41,475 bases of DNA from Kiritimatiellia bacterium. Lineage in GTDB: Bacteria; Verrucomicrobiota; Kiritimatiellia; RFP12; UBA3636. The notes beneath the pieces were generated by a model, which did not search any database, was not told the DNA's origin, and was given only the letters and a program-made list of their open reading frames with translations. The DNA lies in assembly GCA_017457625.1 (NCBI GenBank), contig JAFTHC010000201.1:1-41475 (forward strand), read 5' to 3'. Below are positions 17,636 through 26,195 of the stretch, piece by piece (position 1 is the stretch's first letter; the number at the start of each line of letters is the position of its first letter). The translations under genes were made by a program, and so were the position numbers.

Positions 17636-17953
17636 ATGAGCACGATCCAAGCCTTCCGCATGCACCTCAAGCCCGGCAACGAAGAGCAATACGCGCGCCG
17701 CCACGCGCAGCTCTGGCCGGAGATGAAAGAACTCCTCAAGCAGGCGGGCGTGAGCGACTACAACATCTTCCTCGACCGCGCAACCGGCAACCTCTTCGCC
17801 GTTCAGCGCGTCTCGGGCGAAGGCGGCTCGCAGGACCTGGGCGACAACCCCGTGTGCCGCAAGTGGTGGGACTTCATGGCCGACCTGATGGACGTGAACC
17901 CGGACAACTCGCCCGTGTCCGTCCCGCTCGAGCAGGTCTTCCACCTGGACTAG
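17636..17953 (+). CDS. rhaM: L-rhamnose mutarotase
   Basis: AFRMHLKPGNEEQYARRHAQLWPEM, GVSDYNIFLD, KWWDFMADLM, NPDNSPVSVPLEQVFHLD. Confidence 0.9.
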   Translation: MSTIQAFRMHLKPGNEEQYARRHAQLWPEMKELLKQAGVSDYNIFLDRATGNLFAVQRVSGEGGSQDLGDNPVCRKWWDFMADLMDVNPDNSPVSVPLEQVFHLD

Positions 17954-18720
17954 ACGGCGCGCCAGCGCGTCGCGGCGAGAACGTGGTCCCGGCCCGCGGG
18001 ATCGGACACGCGGTGCAGGAACGTCGGCGAGCCGTCCGGCGCGGCGGGGCCCGGCAGCGTGCGCGAGACGACGAAATCACCCCGGAGCGTTTCGGAGCGG
18101 AACGCGATTTCCATCTCCACGGGCCGGTGCGCGGCGGCGAAACCGGCCGGGACGCTTTCGAGCATCCATTCGGCGTAGTGGACGTTGTTCACGTGGCCGT
18201 TCATGTCGATGTGCATGTCCGCCGCGCGGAAGCGCTCGCCGGGCGTCTCCGGCGCGTCCGCCGGCCAGCGCAGGCGCGAAAACGGGTCGCCGGGGCCGAA
18301 GACGGGCTCGCGGTCGAAGGACGCCTCCCCGATCCACGCCGGCACGCGCACCGCCTTGCGGGCGACCGGGTCGATGAGCATCCAGCGCGAAGTCGCGACC
18401 CCGAACGGCGCGCCGCCGCCGGCGCGGCCCACGACGAAGTCGCGGTTGGCCGAGAGCGACCGCACGCCCCAGGGAAACGTGTCCACGGCCACGTCGTCGC
18501 GCCAGCGCGGCGTCTCGTCGAGCCGCACGCGCAGCTGCGCGAGCACCCAGGCGCCCCGCGCGCCCGTCGCCTCGTCCACGACCGGGAAGTCGAAGCCGAG
18601 TTCGCGCGCGTGGTCCGCCGCCGTTTCCTGGAAATAGTCCAGCAGGCGCGGCAGGCGCAGCGTGCCGTCCGGCGAGCATTCGCACGAGCGGACCCGGTAG
18701 ATGTCGACATGCTCTTTCAT
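17950..18720 (-). CDS. Acyl-ACP thioesterase (double hotdog)
   Basis: LLDYFQETAADHA, WVLAQLRV, IDMNGHVNNVHYAEWMLE, MEIAFRSET. Confidence 0.9.
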   Translation of the reverse strand: MKEHVDIYRVRSCECSPDGTLRLPRLLDYFQETAADHARELGFDFPVVDEATGARGAWVLAQLRVRLDETPRWRDDVAVDTFPWGVRSLSANRDFVVGRAGGGAPFGVATSRWMLIDPVARKAVRVPAWIGEASFDREPVFGPGDPFSRLRWPADAPETPGERFRAADMHIDMNGHVNNVHYAEWMLESVPAGFAAAHRPVEMEIAFRSETLRGDFVVSRTLPGPAAPDGSPTFLHRVSDPAGRDHVLAATRWRAV

Positions 18721-18741
18721 GGTTTCGCGGAAACGCGCGCG

Positions 18742-18807
18742 ATGCTACCAGAATCCGCCCCGCCGGACAAGGGCCGCTTGCGCGCGGGCGGCGCGGTGTC
18801 GTAGAAT
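18742..18807. promoter_or_regulatory. Divergent sigma70-type promoters (thioesterase / pyrD)
   Basis: Minus: TTGTCC-17-TAGCAT, 21 nt before ATG18720. Plus: TTGCGC-18-TAGAAT-7nt-ATG18815. Confidence 0.65.
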
Positions 18808-18814
18808 GCGCGGC

Positions 18815-19765
18815 ATGAACGAAAACGCCACAGCCCCCGGCCCGGCCGCCGCGGCGCCGGAACCCGACCTCTCCGTCCGGATCGGCTCGCTCCGGATGAA
18901 GAACCCCGTGACCGTCGCGTCCGGGACGTTCGGCTACGGCCGGGAATACGAGCCGTTTTTCGACCTCTCGGAGCTCGGCGCCGTGACCTGCAAGGGCATC
19001 CGGCTTTCGCCCTGCGAAGGCAACGGGCAGCCGCGCATCGCCGAAGTGCGCGGCGGCATGCTCAACGCGATCGGCCTGCAGGGCCCCGGCGTGGAGGCGT
19101 TCGTCCGGACGGCGCTGCCGTTCCTGCGCGAGCGCGGCGTCCCGGCGATCGTCAACATCTGGGGGACGACCGAAGGCGAATACGCCGACGTCGCGCGCCG
19201 CCTCTCGGACGCGGAAGGCGTCGGCGCCCTCGAGATGAACGTCTCGTGCCCCAACGTGTACCTCGGCGGCGCGACGTTCGGGACGGACCCCGCCACGCTC
19301 GCGTCCGTCGTCCGCGCCGTCCGCGCCGCGACGCCGCTGCCGCTCCTGGTCAAGCTCGCCCCGAACGTCCCGGACGTCGCGCTCTTCGCCCGCGTCGCGG
19401 AGGGCGAGGGCGCGGACGGGCTTTCGATCTGCAACACCGTCCCCGCGATGAAGATCGACGTGGAGGCGCGCCGGCCGTTCCTCGCCAACGTGCAGGGCGG
19501 GCTCTCGGGGCCGGCGATCCACCCGGTCGCCGTGCGGCTCGTCTGGCGGGCCGCCGCCGCCGTGAAGATCCCGATCGTCGGCATGGGCGGGATTTCGGAG
19601 CCGGAGGACGCGGTCGAGTTCCTGTGCGCCGGCGCGACGGCGGTCGCGGTCGGCACGGCGAACTTCGTCGACCCGCTGACGGCGCCGCGCGTCGTGCGCG
19701 GCATCCGCGACTACATGGCGCGCCACGGCCTGCGCCGCGTCGCCGACGTCGCGATCCCGCACTGA
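18815..19765 (+). CDS. pyrD: Dihydroorotate dehydrogenase, family 1 catalytic subunit
   Basis: KNPVTVASGTFGYG, GMLNAIGLQGPG, EMNVSCPNV, VKLAPNV, GGLSGPAI, IVGMGGI, VGTANF. Confidence 0.93.
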   Translation: MNENATAPGPAAAAPEPDLSVRIGSLRMKNPVTVASGTFGYGREYEPFFDLSELGAVTCKGIRLSPCEGNGQPRIAEVRGGMLNAIGLQGPGVEAFVRTALPFLRERGVPAIVNIWGTTEGEYADVARRLSDAEGVGALEMNVSCPNVYLGGATFGTDPATLASVVRAVRAATPLPLLVKLAPNVPDVALFARVAEGEGADGLSICNTVPAMKIDVEARRPFLANVQGGLSGPAIHPVAVRLVWRAAAAVKIPIVGMGGISEPEDAVEFLCAGATAVAVGTANFVDPLTAPRVVRGIRDYMARHGLRRVADVAIPH

Positions 19766-19791
19766 AGCGGCCGCTCGCGCGGACACCCGAC

Positions 19792-21879
19792 ATGGCAAAC
19801 TCGCCCTTCCGCCTCGTCTCCCCCTACGCGCCCGCCGGCGACCAGCCGGAGGCCGTCGCGCGCCTCGTGGCGGGGTTCCGCGGCGGCGCGGCGGCGCAGG
19901 TGCTCGAAGGCGTCACGGGCTCGGGCAAGACGTTCACGATGGCGAACGTCATCCGCGACCTCGGGATGCCGACGCTCGTCATTTCCCACAACAAGACGCT
20001 CGCCGCCCAGCTCTACGGCGAGCTCAAGGCGTTCTTCCCGGAGAACGCCGTCGAATACTTCGTGAGCTACTACGACTACTACCAGCCCGAAGCCTACATC
20101 CCGCAGACCGACACCTACATCGCCAAGGACTCCGCCGTGAACGACGAGATCGAGCGCTTCCGGCTCTCCGCCGCCAACGCGCTCGTGCAGCGAAGGGACG
20201 TGATCGTCGTGGCGTCCGTCTCCTGCATCTACGGCATCGGCTCCTCGGACGACTACGCGGGCATGACGCTGCACCTCGAGGTCGGGGACGAGGTCGACCG
20301 CGACGCGATGCTCGCCCGCCTCGTCGAGATCCGCTACGAGCGCAACGACTACGAGCCCGCGCCCGGCACGTTCCGCGTGCGCGGCGACACGGTGGACGTG
20401 TTCCCGGCCTGGAACGACAAGGTCGCCTACCGCATCGGGCTGTTCGGCGACGAGGTGGACTCGCTTTCGGAGTTCGACCCCGCCACGGGCCGCACGCTGC
20501 GCCGCCTCGACCGCACGATCGTGGCCCCCGCGCGCAACTACGTGCTCCCGAAGGAGAAGGTCGAGGCCGGCCTTTCGCGCATCGCCGCCGAGCTCAAGGA
20601 GCGCGTGGCGTGGTTCGAGGCGAACGGCAAGCCGCTCGAGGCGCAGCGCCTGCAGCAGCGCACGGAATACGACCTGGCGATGATCCGCGAGATCGGCTAC
20701 TGCTCCGGCATCGAGAACTACTCCGGCCCCCTCTCCGGCCGCCCGCCCGGCACGCCGGGCGAATGCCTCGTGGACTACTTCCCGCGGCCCTTCCTCACGA
20801 TCGTCGACGAGTCGCACGTCACGGTCCCGCAGCTGCAGGCGATGTATCACGGCGACCGCGCGCGCAAGACGATCCTCGTGGACAACGGCTTCCGCCTGCC
20901 GTCCGCGCGCGACAACCGCCCGCTCTCGTTCGGGGAGTTCGAGGGCAAGATCGGGCAGGTTCTCTTCGCCTCCGCCACGCCCGGACCCTACGAGCTGCGG
21001 CGCGCCGCGGCGGTCGTCGAACAGGTCGTCCGCCCCACGGGCCTGCTGGACCCGCCCGTCGAAGTGCGCCCGCTCGCGGGCCAGATCGACGACGTGATGG
21101 AGGAAATCCGCGCCGCGGCCGGGCGCGGCGACCGGACGCTCGTCACCACGCTCACCAAGCGCACCGCCGAAGACCTCGCCGACTACCTGCGCGAGACGGG
21201 CCTGCGCGTGGAATACCTGCACGCGGACGTCGACGCGCTGGAGCGCATCGCGATCCTCACGCGCCTGCGCAAGGGCGAGTTCGACGCGCTCGTGGGCGTC
21301 AACCTGCTGCGCGAAGGGCTCGACCTCCCGGAAGTCGCGCTCGTCGCCGTGCTCGACGCGGACAAGGAAGGCTTCCTGCGCTCCACCACGTCGCTCGTCC
21401 AGACCGCCGGGCGCACCGCGCGCCACGAGCGCGGCCGCGTGATCCTCTACGCCGACCGCGTCACGGACTCGATGGAGGAGATGATCCGGATCACGGAACG
21501 CCGCCGCAAGATCCAGCGCGCGTTCAACGAGAAGCACGGCATCGTCCCGCGTTCCGTCAAGCGGACGCTCTCGGAGGACAGCGCCGTGCGCGCGGTCGTG
21601 GGCGACCCGGACGCCGCGATCGCCGCCTCGGCGCTGCCGACGGACGCCGCCGCCGCGATCGAGCGGCTCAAGGCGGAGATGCTCGACGCGGCCGGGAAAC
21701 TCGAATTCGAGCGCGCGGCGCTCCTGCGCGACCGGATCGAAAAACTGCGCGCCGGCGACGCGGCCCCCTCCCCCGCCCCGGCCGGGCCGGCCGGCGGCGG
21801 CGGCGGCCGGCGGCCGGCGCGCGCTAGAGCTTCCGCCACGACGCCGCGAAAACGGGGCGGCCGCGGCCCTCGAACTTGA
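19792..21879 (+). CDS. uvrB: Excinuclease ABC subunit B
   Basis: GVTGSGKTFTMAN, HNKTLAAQLY, YFVSYYDYYQPEAY, DESH, NGFRLPSARDNRPL, NLLREGLDLPEV, C-terminal UVR motif LEFERAALLRDRI. Confidence 0.97.
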   Translation: MANSPFRLVSPYAPAGDQPEAVARLVAGFRGGAAAQVLEGVTGSGKTFTMANVIRDLGMPTLVISHNKTLAAQLYGELKAFFPENAVEYFVSYYDYYQPEAYIPQTDTYIAKDSAVNDEIERFRLSAANALVQRRDVIVVASVSCIYGIGSSDDYAGMTLHLEVGDEVDRDAMLARLVEIRYERNDYEPAPGTFRVRGDTVDVFPAWNDKVAYRIGLFGDEVDSLSEFDPATGRTLRRLDRTIVAPARNYVLPKEKVEAGLSRIAAELKERVAWFEANGKPLEAQRLQQRTEYDLAMIREIGYCSGIENYSGPLSGRPPGTPGECLVDYFPRPFLTIVDESHVTVPQLQAMYHGDRARKTILVDNGFRLPSARDNRPLSFGEFEGKIGQVLFASATPGPYELRRAAAVVEQVVRPTGLLDPPVEVRPLAGQIDDVMEEIRAAAGRGDRTLVTTLTKRTAEDLADYLRETGLRVEYLHADVDALERIAILTRLRKGEFDALVGVNLLREGLDLPEVALVAVLDADKEGFLRSTTSLVQTAGRTARHERGRVILYADRVTDSMEEMIRITERRRKIQRAFNEKHGIVPRSVKRTLSEDSAVRAVVGDPDAAIAASALPTDAAAAIERLKAEMLDAAGKLEFERAALLRDRIEKLRAGDAAPSPAPAGPAGGGGGRRPARARASATTPRKRGGRGPRT

Positions 21880-22546
21880 GTTCGAAATCGGTCTTCTCCG
21901 CGTCCGTCCGCGCCGGCGGCGGGACGCGCCCGAAGCGCGGGTCCGCTTCCATCACGGCGAGCATGCGCCCGAAATACGTCTCGTCGTCCGTGGCGGCGTG
22001 GAGCAGGCCGCCGGACCGCAGCAGGCGGTGCACCAGTTCCACGTTCGGCGCGCGGAAGAACCGGTTGCGCGCGTGGCGGTCCTTGGGCCAGGGATCGGGA
22101 AAGAGCACGTGCACGGCCGCGACGGAGTCCGGAGGGACGCAGAACTCCAGCGCGTAGCGCGCCTCGCCCACGAGGTAGGCGAGGTTCCGGATGCCGGCCT
22201 TGCGCGCGAGCACGTCGGAGCGCGCGACGCGCGCGCCTTCCTGCTCGATGCCGAGGATGCGCAGCTCCGGATGCGCCGCGGCGCGTCCGCGGCCGAAGCG
22301 GCCGTAGCCGGCGCCCACGTCCAGCTCCACGTCCGCGCCCGCGGCGCGGGCCGCCGCGAAGAACGCGCGCACCGGGCAGGCCTCCCCGCACGGCGGCGGC
22401 GGCTCCAGGCGGCGCTCCAGCCGCTCCTTCATCGCGCCGTCGGCGCGCATTACCGGGCAGGCGCCCGGATCCAGCTCGAGCGTCGGCGGGAGGGATGGGT
22501 CGCGCTGCAGGCGCAGCGCCCGGAAGACGTGGCGGTCGCGCGGCAT
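21824..22546 (-). CDS. trmB: tRNA (guanine-N7)-methyltransferase
   Basis: ELDVGAGYGRF, LGIE, VHVLFPDPWPKDRH, ATDDETYF, TDFELKF. Confidence 0.9.
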   Translation of the reverse strand: MPRDRHVFRALRLQRDPSLPPTLELDPGACPVMRADGAMKERLERRLEPPPPCGEACPVRAFFAAARAAGADVELDVGAGYGRFGRGRAAAHPELRILGIEQEGARVARSDVLARKAGIRNLAYLVGEARYALEFCVPPDSVAAVHVLFPDPWPKDRHARNRFFRAPNVELVHRLLRSGGLLHAATDDETYFGRMLAVMEADPRFGRVPPPARTDAEKTDFELKFEGRGRPVFAASWRKL

Positions 22547-22564
22547 GGGCCGGTGCGGGGGGCG

Positions 22565-23740
22565 CTAGCCGCGGACGAGGCGCGCGCCGTCCGAGCACGC
22601 GATCTCGCGCGGGTCGATCCAGTCGCCGTGGCGGTTCTTGTAGGCGTTGCGGAGCGCGGCGGACGCCGTCTCGACCGCGCGGGCGTCCACGAGCACGACG
22701 GCCGAGCCGCCGAACCCGCCGCCGGACAGACGCGCGCCGTAGACGCCGGGGATGCCCTGCGCCGCGTCCACGATCGTGTCCAGCTCCGGGCAGGAGTTCT
22801 CGAAGTAGTTGCGGGAGGAGTCGTGCGACTCGAACATGAGGCGGCCGAACCCCGCCACGTCCCCTTCGCGTAGCATCTCCACGCCGGCGAGCACGCGCGC
22901 GTTTTCGCCCACCGGATGGGCGGCGCGGCGCGCGACCAGCTCGTCCATCTCGCCGCGGTGCTCGAGCCACTCGTTCCACGACACGTCGCGCAGCGCGGAA
23001 ACCGGGTGGTCCAGCGCGGCCGCGAAGAAGCGGGCCGCGCGCTCGCAGCACTCGCGCCGCTCGTTGTAGGCGCCGTCCACCAGCGCGTGCTTGGCGCCCG
23101 TGTTGCACATGAGGAAACGCACGTCCGGGGAAAACGCGACGGGCTTGAACTCGAGCGTCCGGAAGTCCGACATCACGAGGCTGTCGCGCCGCCCGAAGAC
23201 GGACGACGCCTGGTCGAGCAGGCCGCACTTCACGCCGGCGAAGTCGTGCTCGGCCTTCTGGCCGATCTTCGCCACTTCGACCGGCGCCAGGTCCGCGCCC
23301 AGGAAACGCGCGAAGGCGAGCGTGGCGGAGACTTCGAGCGCGGCGGAGGACGAAAGCCCGGACCCGAGCGGGATGTTGCCGAAGAACATCGCGTCGAACG
23401 CGCGGGCCGCGCCGGCCGGCAGGCGCGCGAGGACGCCCGCGAGCGAGCCGAGCACGTAGTTGGCCCACGTGTGTTCCGCGACGGGCGCGGGCGCGGCGGC
23501 GGGGAAGACCACTTCGTCCATGATGTCGCCGGCGGTGAGGCGCGCCTCGTCCCCGTCCCGCGGGGCGAGCGCGAAGAACGTGCCGTGGTTGATCGCCGCG
23601 GAGAGCACGTAGCCCTCGTTGTAGTCGGTGTGGTTGCCGAGCACCTCGATGCGGCCGGGCGCGTAGGCGACGACGGCCGGCTCGCGGCCGTATTTTTCGA
23701 AGAACTTCTTTTCGAGAATCTGCTGGATGTCGGGGGACAT
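22565..23740 (-). CDS. galK: Galactokinase-family GHMP sugar kinase
   Basis: PGRIEVLGNHTDYNEG, IPLGSGLSSSAALE, CGLLDQ, GARLSGGGFGGS. Confidence 0.82.
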   Translation of the reverse strand: MSPDIQQILEKKFFEKYGREPAVVAYAPGRIEVLGNHTDYNEGYVLSAAINHGTFFALAPRDGDEARLTAGDIMDEVVFPAAAPAPVAEHTWANYVLGSLAGVLARLPAGAARAFDAMFFGNIPLGSGLSSSAALEVSATLAFARFLGADLAPVEVAKIGQKAEHDFAGVKCGLLDQASSVFGRRDSLVMSDFRTLEFKPVAFSPDVRFLMCNTGAKHALVDGAYNERRECCERAARFFAAALDHPVSALRDVSWNEWLEHRGEMDELVARRAAHPVGENARVLAGVEMLREGDVAGFGRLMFESHDSSRNYFENSCPELDTIVDAAQGIPGVYGARLSGGGFGGSAVVLVDARAVETASAALRNAYKNRHGDWIDPREIACSDGARLVRG

Positions 23741-23781
23741 GGCCGGTCGGTTTCCTGTGTTTCGCGTGCGTTCGGGGCGGC

Positions 23782-23810
23782 ATTATAGCCGCGCCGCGAC
23801 GCGAAATCAA
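23782..23810 (-). promoter_or_regulatory. sigma70-type promoter of galK-trmB (leadered)
   Basis: TTGATT-17-TATAAT, 41 nt before ATG23740, AGGA in the leader. Confidence 0.7.
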
Positions 23811-23825
23811 GGAAGACGCGCGACG

Positions 23826-25247
23826 TCACCGGACGGCGCGCGCGACCGCCCGCGCGAGGAGCGCGAGGGCGCCGGCCCAGAAAAGGGCGGTCGCGGCGCC
23901 CGCCGGCGCCCACGCGATGGCGCGCGGAAGGAGAGCCCCGACGGCGGCGCAGGCGAGAATGAGCGTCGTGACGTGCGCCTTGCGGGCGCGGAGCGCCAGG
24001 CCCGCGCCGGCCGCGAGCAGGAGCGGAAGCGGCCGGACGAGGAGATTGTCTGCCGCGGCGCCGTCCACGACAAGGACGCCGCACGCGGCCCGCCAGACCG
24101 ACTCGAGGCTCCAGGTGCCTTCGACGAAAACCGACATGCGCGCGAAGACGAGCGTCGCGACGACCATCAGCGCGACCGTCGCCGGCGCGACGCCCCAGAG
24201 CAGCCCGCGCACGACCGGATTGCGCCGCCACTTCGCCAGCGACCGCAGCGCGAGGGCGAGGAGGAAGAACGACGGCGCGAGCAGGCCGGCCGTCGCGACC
24301 AGCGAGCCGGGCGCGCCCTCCATCCGGTAGCCGAAGAACGTCGCCGCGTTGACGCTGATCGGCCCCGGCGTCATCTGCGTGATCGCGAGCAGGTTGCCGA
24401 AGTCCTCCGCCGGCAGCTGCAGGTGCGGCGCGTCCGGCCCGACGAACTCGCGGATGTAGACGGGCACGAGCACGTTGCCGCCGCCGAAGCAGAGCAGGCC
24501 GAACTTCGCGAACGTCGCGAAGACCGCCGGGGCGCACGCCGCCACGGCCGCGGACGCGAGCGCCGCGACGAACAGCCCGCGCGCGATCGGGCGCTCGGCG
24601 AAGACCGCCCCCTCCCCCGCCCCCGCGTCCTCCGCCGGCGGCGGCAGGCGGCCGAGCGCCGCCCGGCCGCACGTCCACGCGACGCCGAAGAGCATGCCGG
24701 CGACGAGCACGTGCGCCGGATTCGCGCCGAAGCACTCCATCGCCGCGACGCCCGCCGGGAGCGCGATCCACGCGTAGGCGCCGCGCATCGTGCGCCGCCA
24801 CGACGAAACGAGCGTCGCCGCCACGACGCCCGCGAGCGCGCTGCGCAGCCCGAGGAAGACCCCCTGCAGGATCTGCGAATCCATCGGCAGCCACGAATAC
24901 CCGCGCGCGACGGCGAGGATGATGCAGAAGGACGGCAGCGCCACGGCCGCGAGCGCCGTCGCGGCGCCCGCGAGGCCGAAGAGCTTGAGGCCGACGTAGA
25001 TCGCGCTGTTGCCGGCGATCAGGCCCGGAACCATCTGGAAGACCGGCAGACGGTCCACGAGCTCGCCCTCGCGCAACCAGCGGAGGCGGCGGCCGAAGAC
25101 TTCGTCCGCCACCGCGATGATCGCGTAGCCGCCGCCCACGACGAAGGCCGAGATCTTCAGGTATTCGAAGAAAAGCCGCGCCGGCGTCGGCTTGCGCGCC
25201 GGCGTGGCGGGGTCCGGGGCGGCGTTCGCGGCGGTTCCGTTCGGCAT
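23826..25247 (-). CDS. chrA: Chromate transporter (CHR family, two-domain long chain)
   Basis: LFFEYLKISAFVVGGGYAII...QMVPGLIAGN and FAKFGLLCFGGGNVL...QMTPGPISVNAATFFGY. Confidence 0.85.
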   Translation of the reverse strand: MPNGTAANAAPDPATPARKPTPARLFFEYLKISAFVVGGGYAIIAVADEVFGRRLRWLREGELVDRLPVFQMVPGLIAGNSAIYVGLKLFGLAGAATALAAVALPSFCIILAVARGYSWLPMDSQILQGVFLGLRSALAGVVAATLVSSWRRTMRGAYAWIALPAGVAAMECFGANPAHVLVAGMLFGVAWTCGRAALGRLPPPAEDAGAGEGAVFAERPIARGLFVAALASAAVAACAPAVFATFAKFGLLCFGGGNVLVPVYIREFVGPDAPHLQLPAEDFGNLLAITQMTPGPISVNAATFFGYRMEGAPGSLVATAGLLAPSFFLLALALRSLAKWRRNPVVRGLLWGVAPATVALMVVATLVFARMSVFVEGTWSLESVWRAACGVLVVDGAAADNLLVRPLPLLLAAGAGLALRARKAHVTTLILACAAVGALLPRAIAWAPAGAATALFWAGALALLARAVARAVR

Positions 25248-25255
25248 GGGGCGGC

Positions 25256-25328
25256 ATTCTACACCGCCCGGCGGTCCGGCGCAACGCGCGCGAAACCGCT
25301 TGCCCTTTGGCGGCCGTTTTCGTAGAAT
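25256..25328. promoter_or_regulatory. Divergent pair of sigma70-type promoters, both probably leaderless
   Basis: Minus: TTGCGC-17-TAGAAT-8nt-ATG25247. Plus: TTGCCC-17-TAGAAT-9nt-ATG25338. Confidence 0.72.
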
Positions 25329-25337
25329 GGCCCGACC

Positions 25338-26153
25338 ATGAACGCAAACCGCCTCCGCCCGCTCCTGTGCCTTGCCGCGCTCGCGGCTCTCTCCGCCTCC
25401 GCGGGCGAATCCAGATCCTGGTTCGTCGGCGACGACGCGACCGTGTTCCCCCTCCTTTCGCACGGGACCTACGACACGTGGCTGCGCGACCGGCTCTCCG
25501 TCGGACTCGAGTTCTCCTTCTCCTCCCTCACGGACGCGAAGCGCTCCGCCGACAAGGGGTCGAACAAGACGTTCGTCGGCTTCATCAACAAGCTGGACGA
25601 CGACGACGAGTTCGGCGTCTTCCCGTCCGTCTCCTACTGGGCGGCCGACTACGTGCGCCTGACGCTGTTCCGCGATTCGGTGGCCGGCCGGACCCGCAAC
25701 TACAACACGGAAAACCACCACAGCGACGGCGTCGTGAAAGCGGCCGGCCCCGCGCTGCTCGTCGAAGGCCTGTATCCGATGCGCGGCGACACGGTATTCC
25801 TCCACGCCGGGCTGGGCCTCTCGTGGGCGTTCGGCGACTTCGAAGAAGACGGCTGGTGGCATCTGGGATACTCCAGCGAGGCGTCGTGGCGCGAATACGG
25901 CTCGCCGGGAACGAAGGCCGGCGACCACTACCGGGAGATCGAGGTGGACGACTCCGTCGGAATCCTTCTGGCCGCCGGCGTGGCCTGGCGTCCGGTTCCC
26001 CGGATGGAGCTCGATTTCTCGCTCCGCCACACGTGGCTCGAGCCGGACTGCAAGTTCGGCTACCGGCGGCGGAGCGGCTTCGAAGTCCGCGACACGGGCG
26101 ACTTCACGCTCGACCACCTCACCGCCGCGCTCACGGTTTCGTGGGTGTTCTGA
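25338..26153 (+). CDS. Outer-membrane beta-barrel protein (OmpW/OmpA-barrel-like)
   Basis: Signal peptide ending ALSASA; alternating amphipathic strands (VFLHAGLGLSW, GILLAAGVAWR, MELDFSLRHTW); C-terminal LTVSWVF beta-signal. Confidence 0.75.
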   Translation: MNANRLRPLLCLAALAALSASAGESRSWFVGDDATVFPLLSHGTYDTWLRDRLSVGLEFSFSSLTDAKRSADKGSNKTFVGFINKLDDDDEFGVFPSVSYWAADYVRLTLFRDSVAGRTRNYNTENHHSDGVVKAAGPALLVEGLYPMRGDTVFLHAGLGLSWAFGDFEEDGWWHLGYSSEASWREYGSPGTKAGDHYREIEVDDSVGILLAAGVAWRPVPRMELDFSLRHTWLEPDCKFGYRRRSGFEVRDTGDFTLDHLTAALTVSWVF

Positions 26154-26161
26154 TCCGGCCC

Positions 26162-26188
26162 GCCGCCGTGGGCGGCGGCCACGGCGGC
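26162..26188. terminator. GC-rich hairpin between convergent genes (possible bidirectional terminator, no U-tract)
   Basis: gccgccgtgg-7nt-ccacggcggc, perfect 10-bp stem. Confidence 0.5.
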
Positions 26189-26195
26189 CCGGCGG

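Noticed and set aside
18815-19765. pyrD without adjacent pyrK as a novelty
   Set aside because: pyrK can be encoded elsewhere; nothing in the window distinguishes this from ordinary gene dispersal
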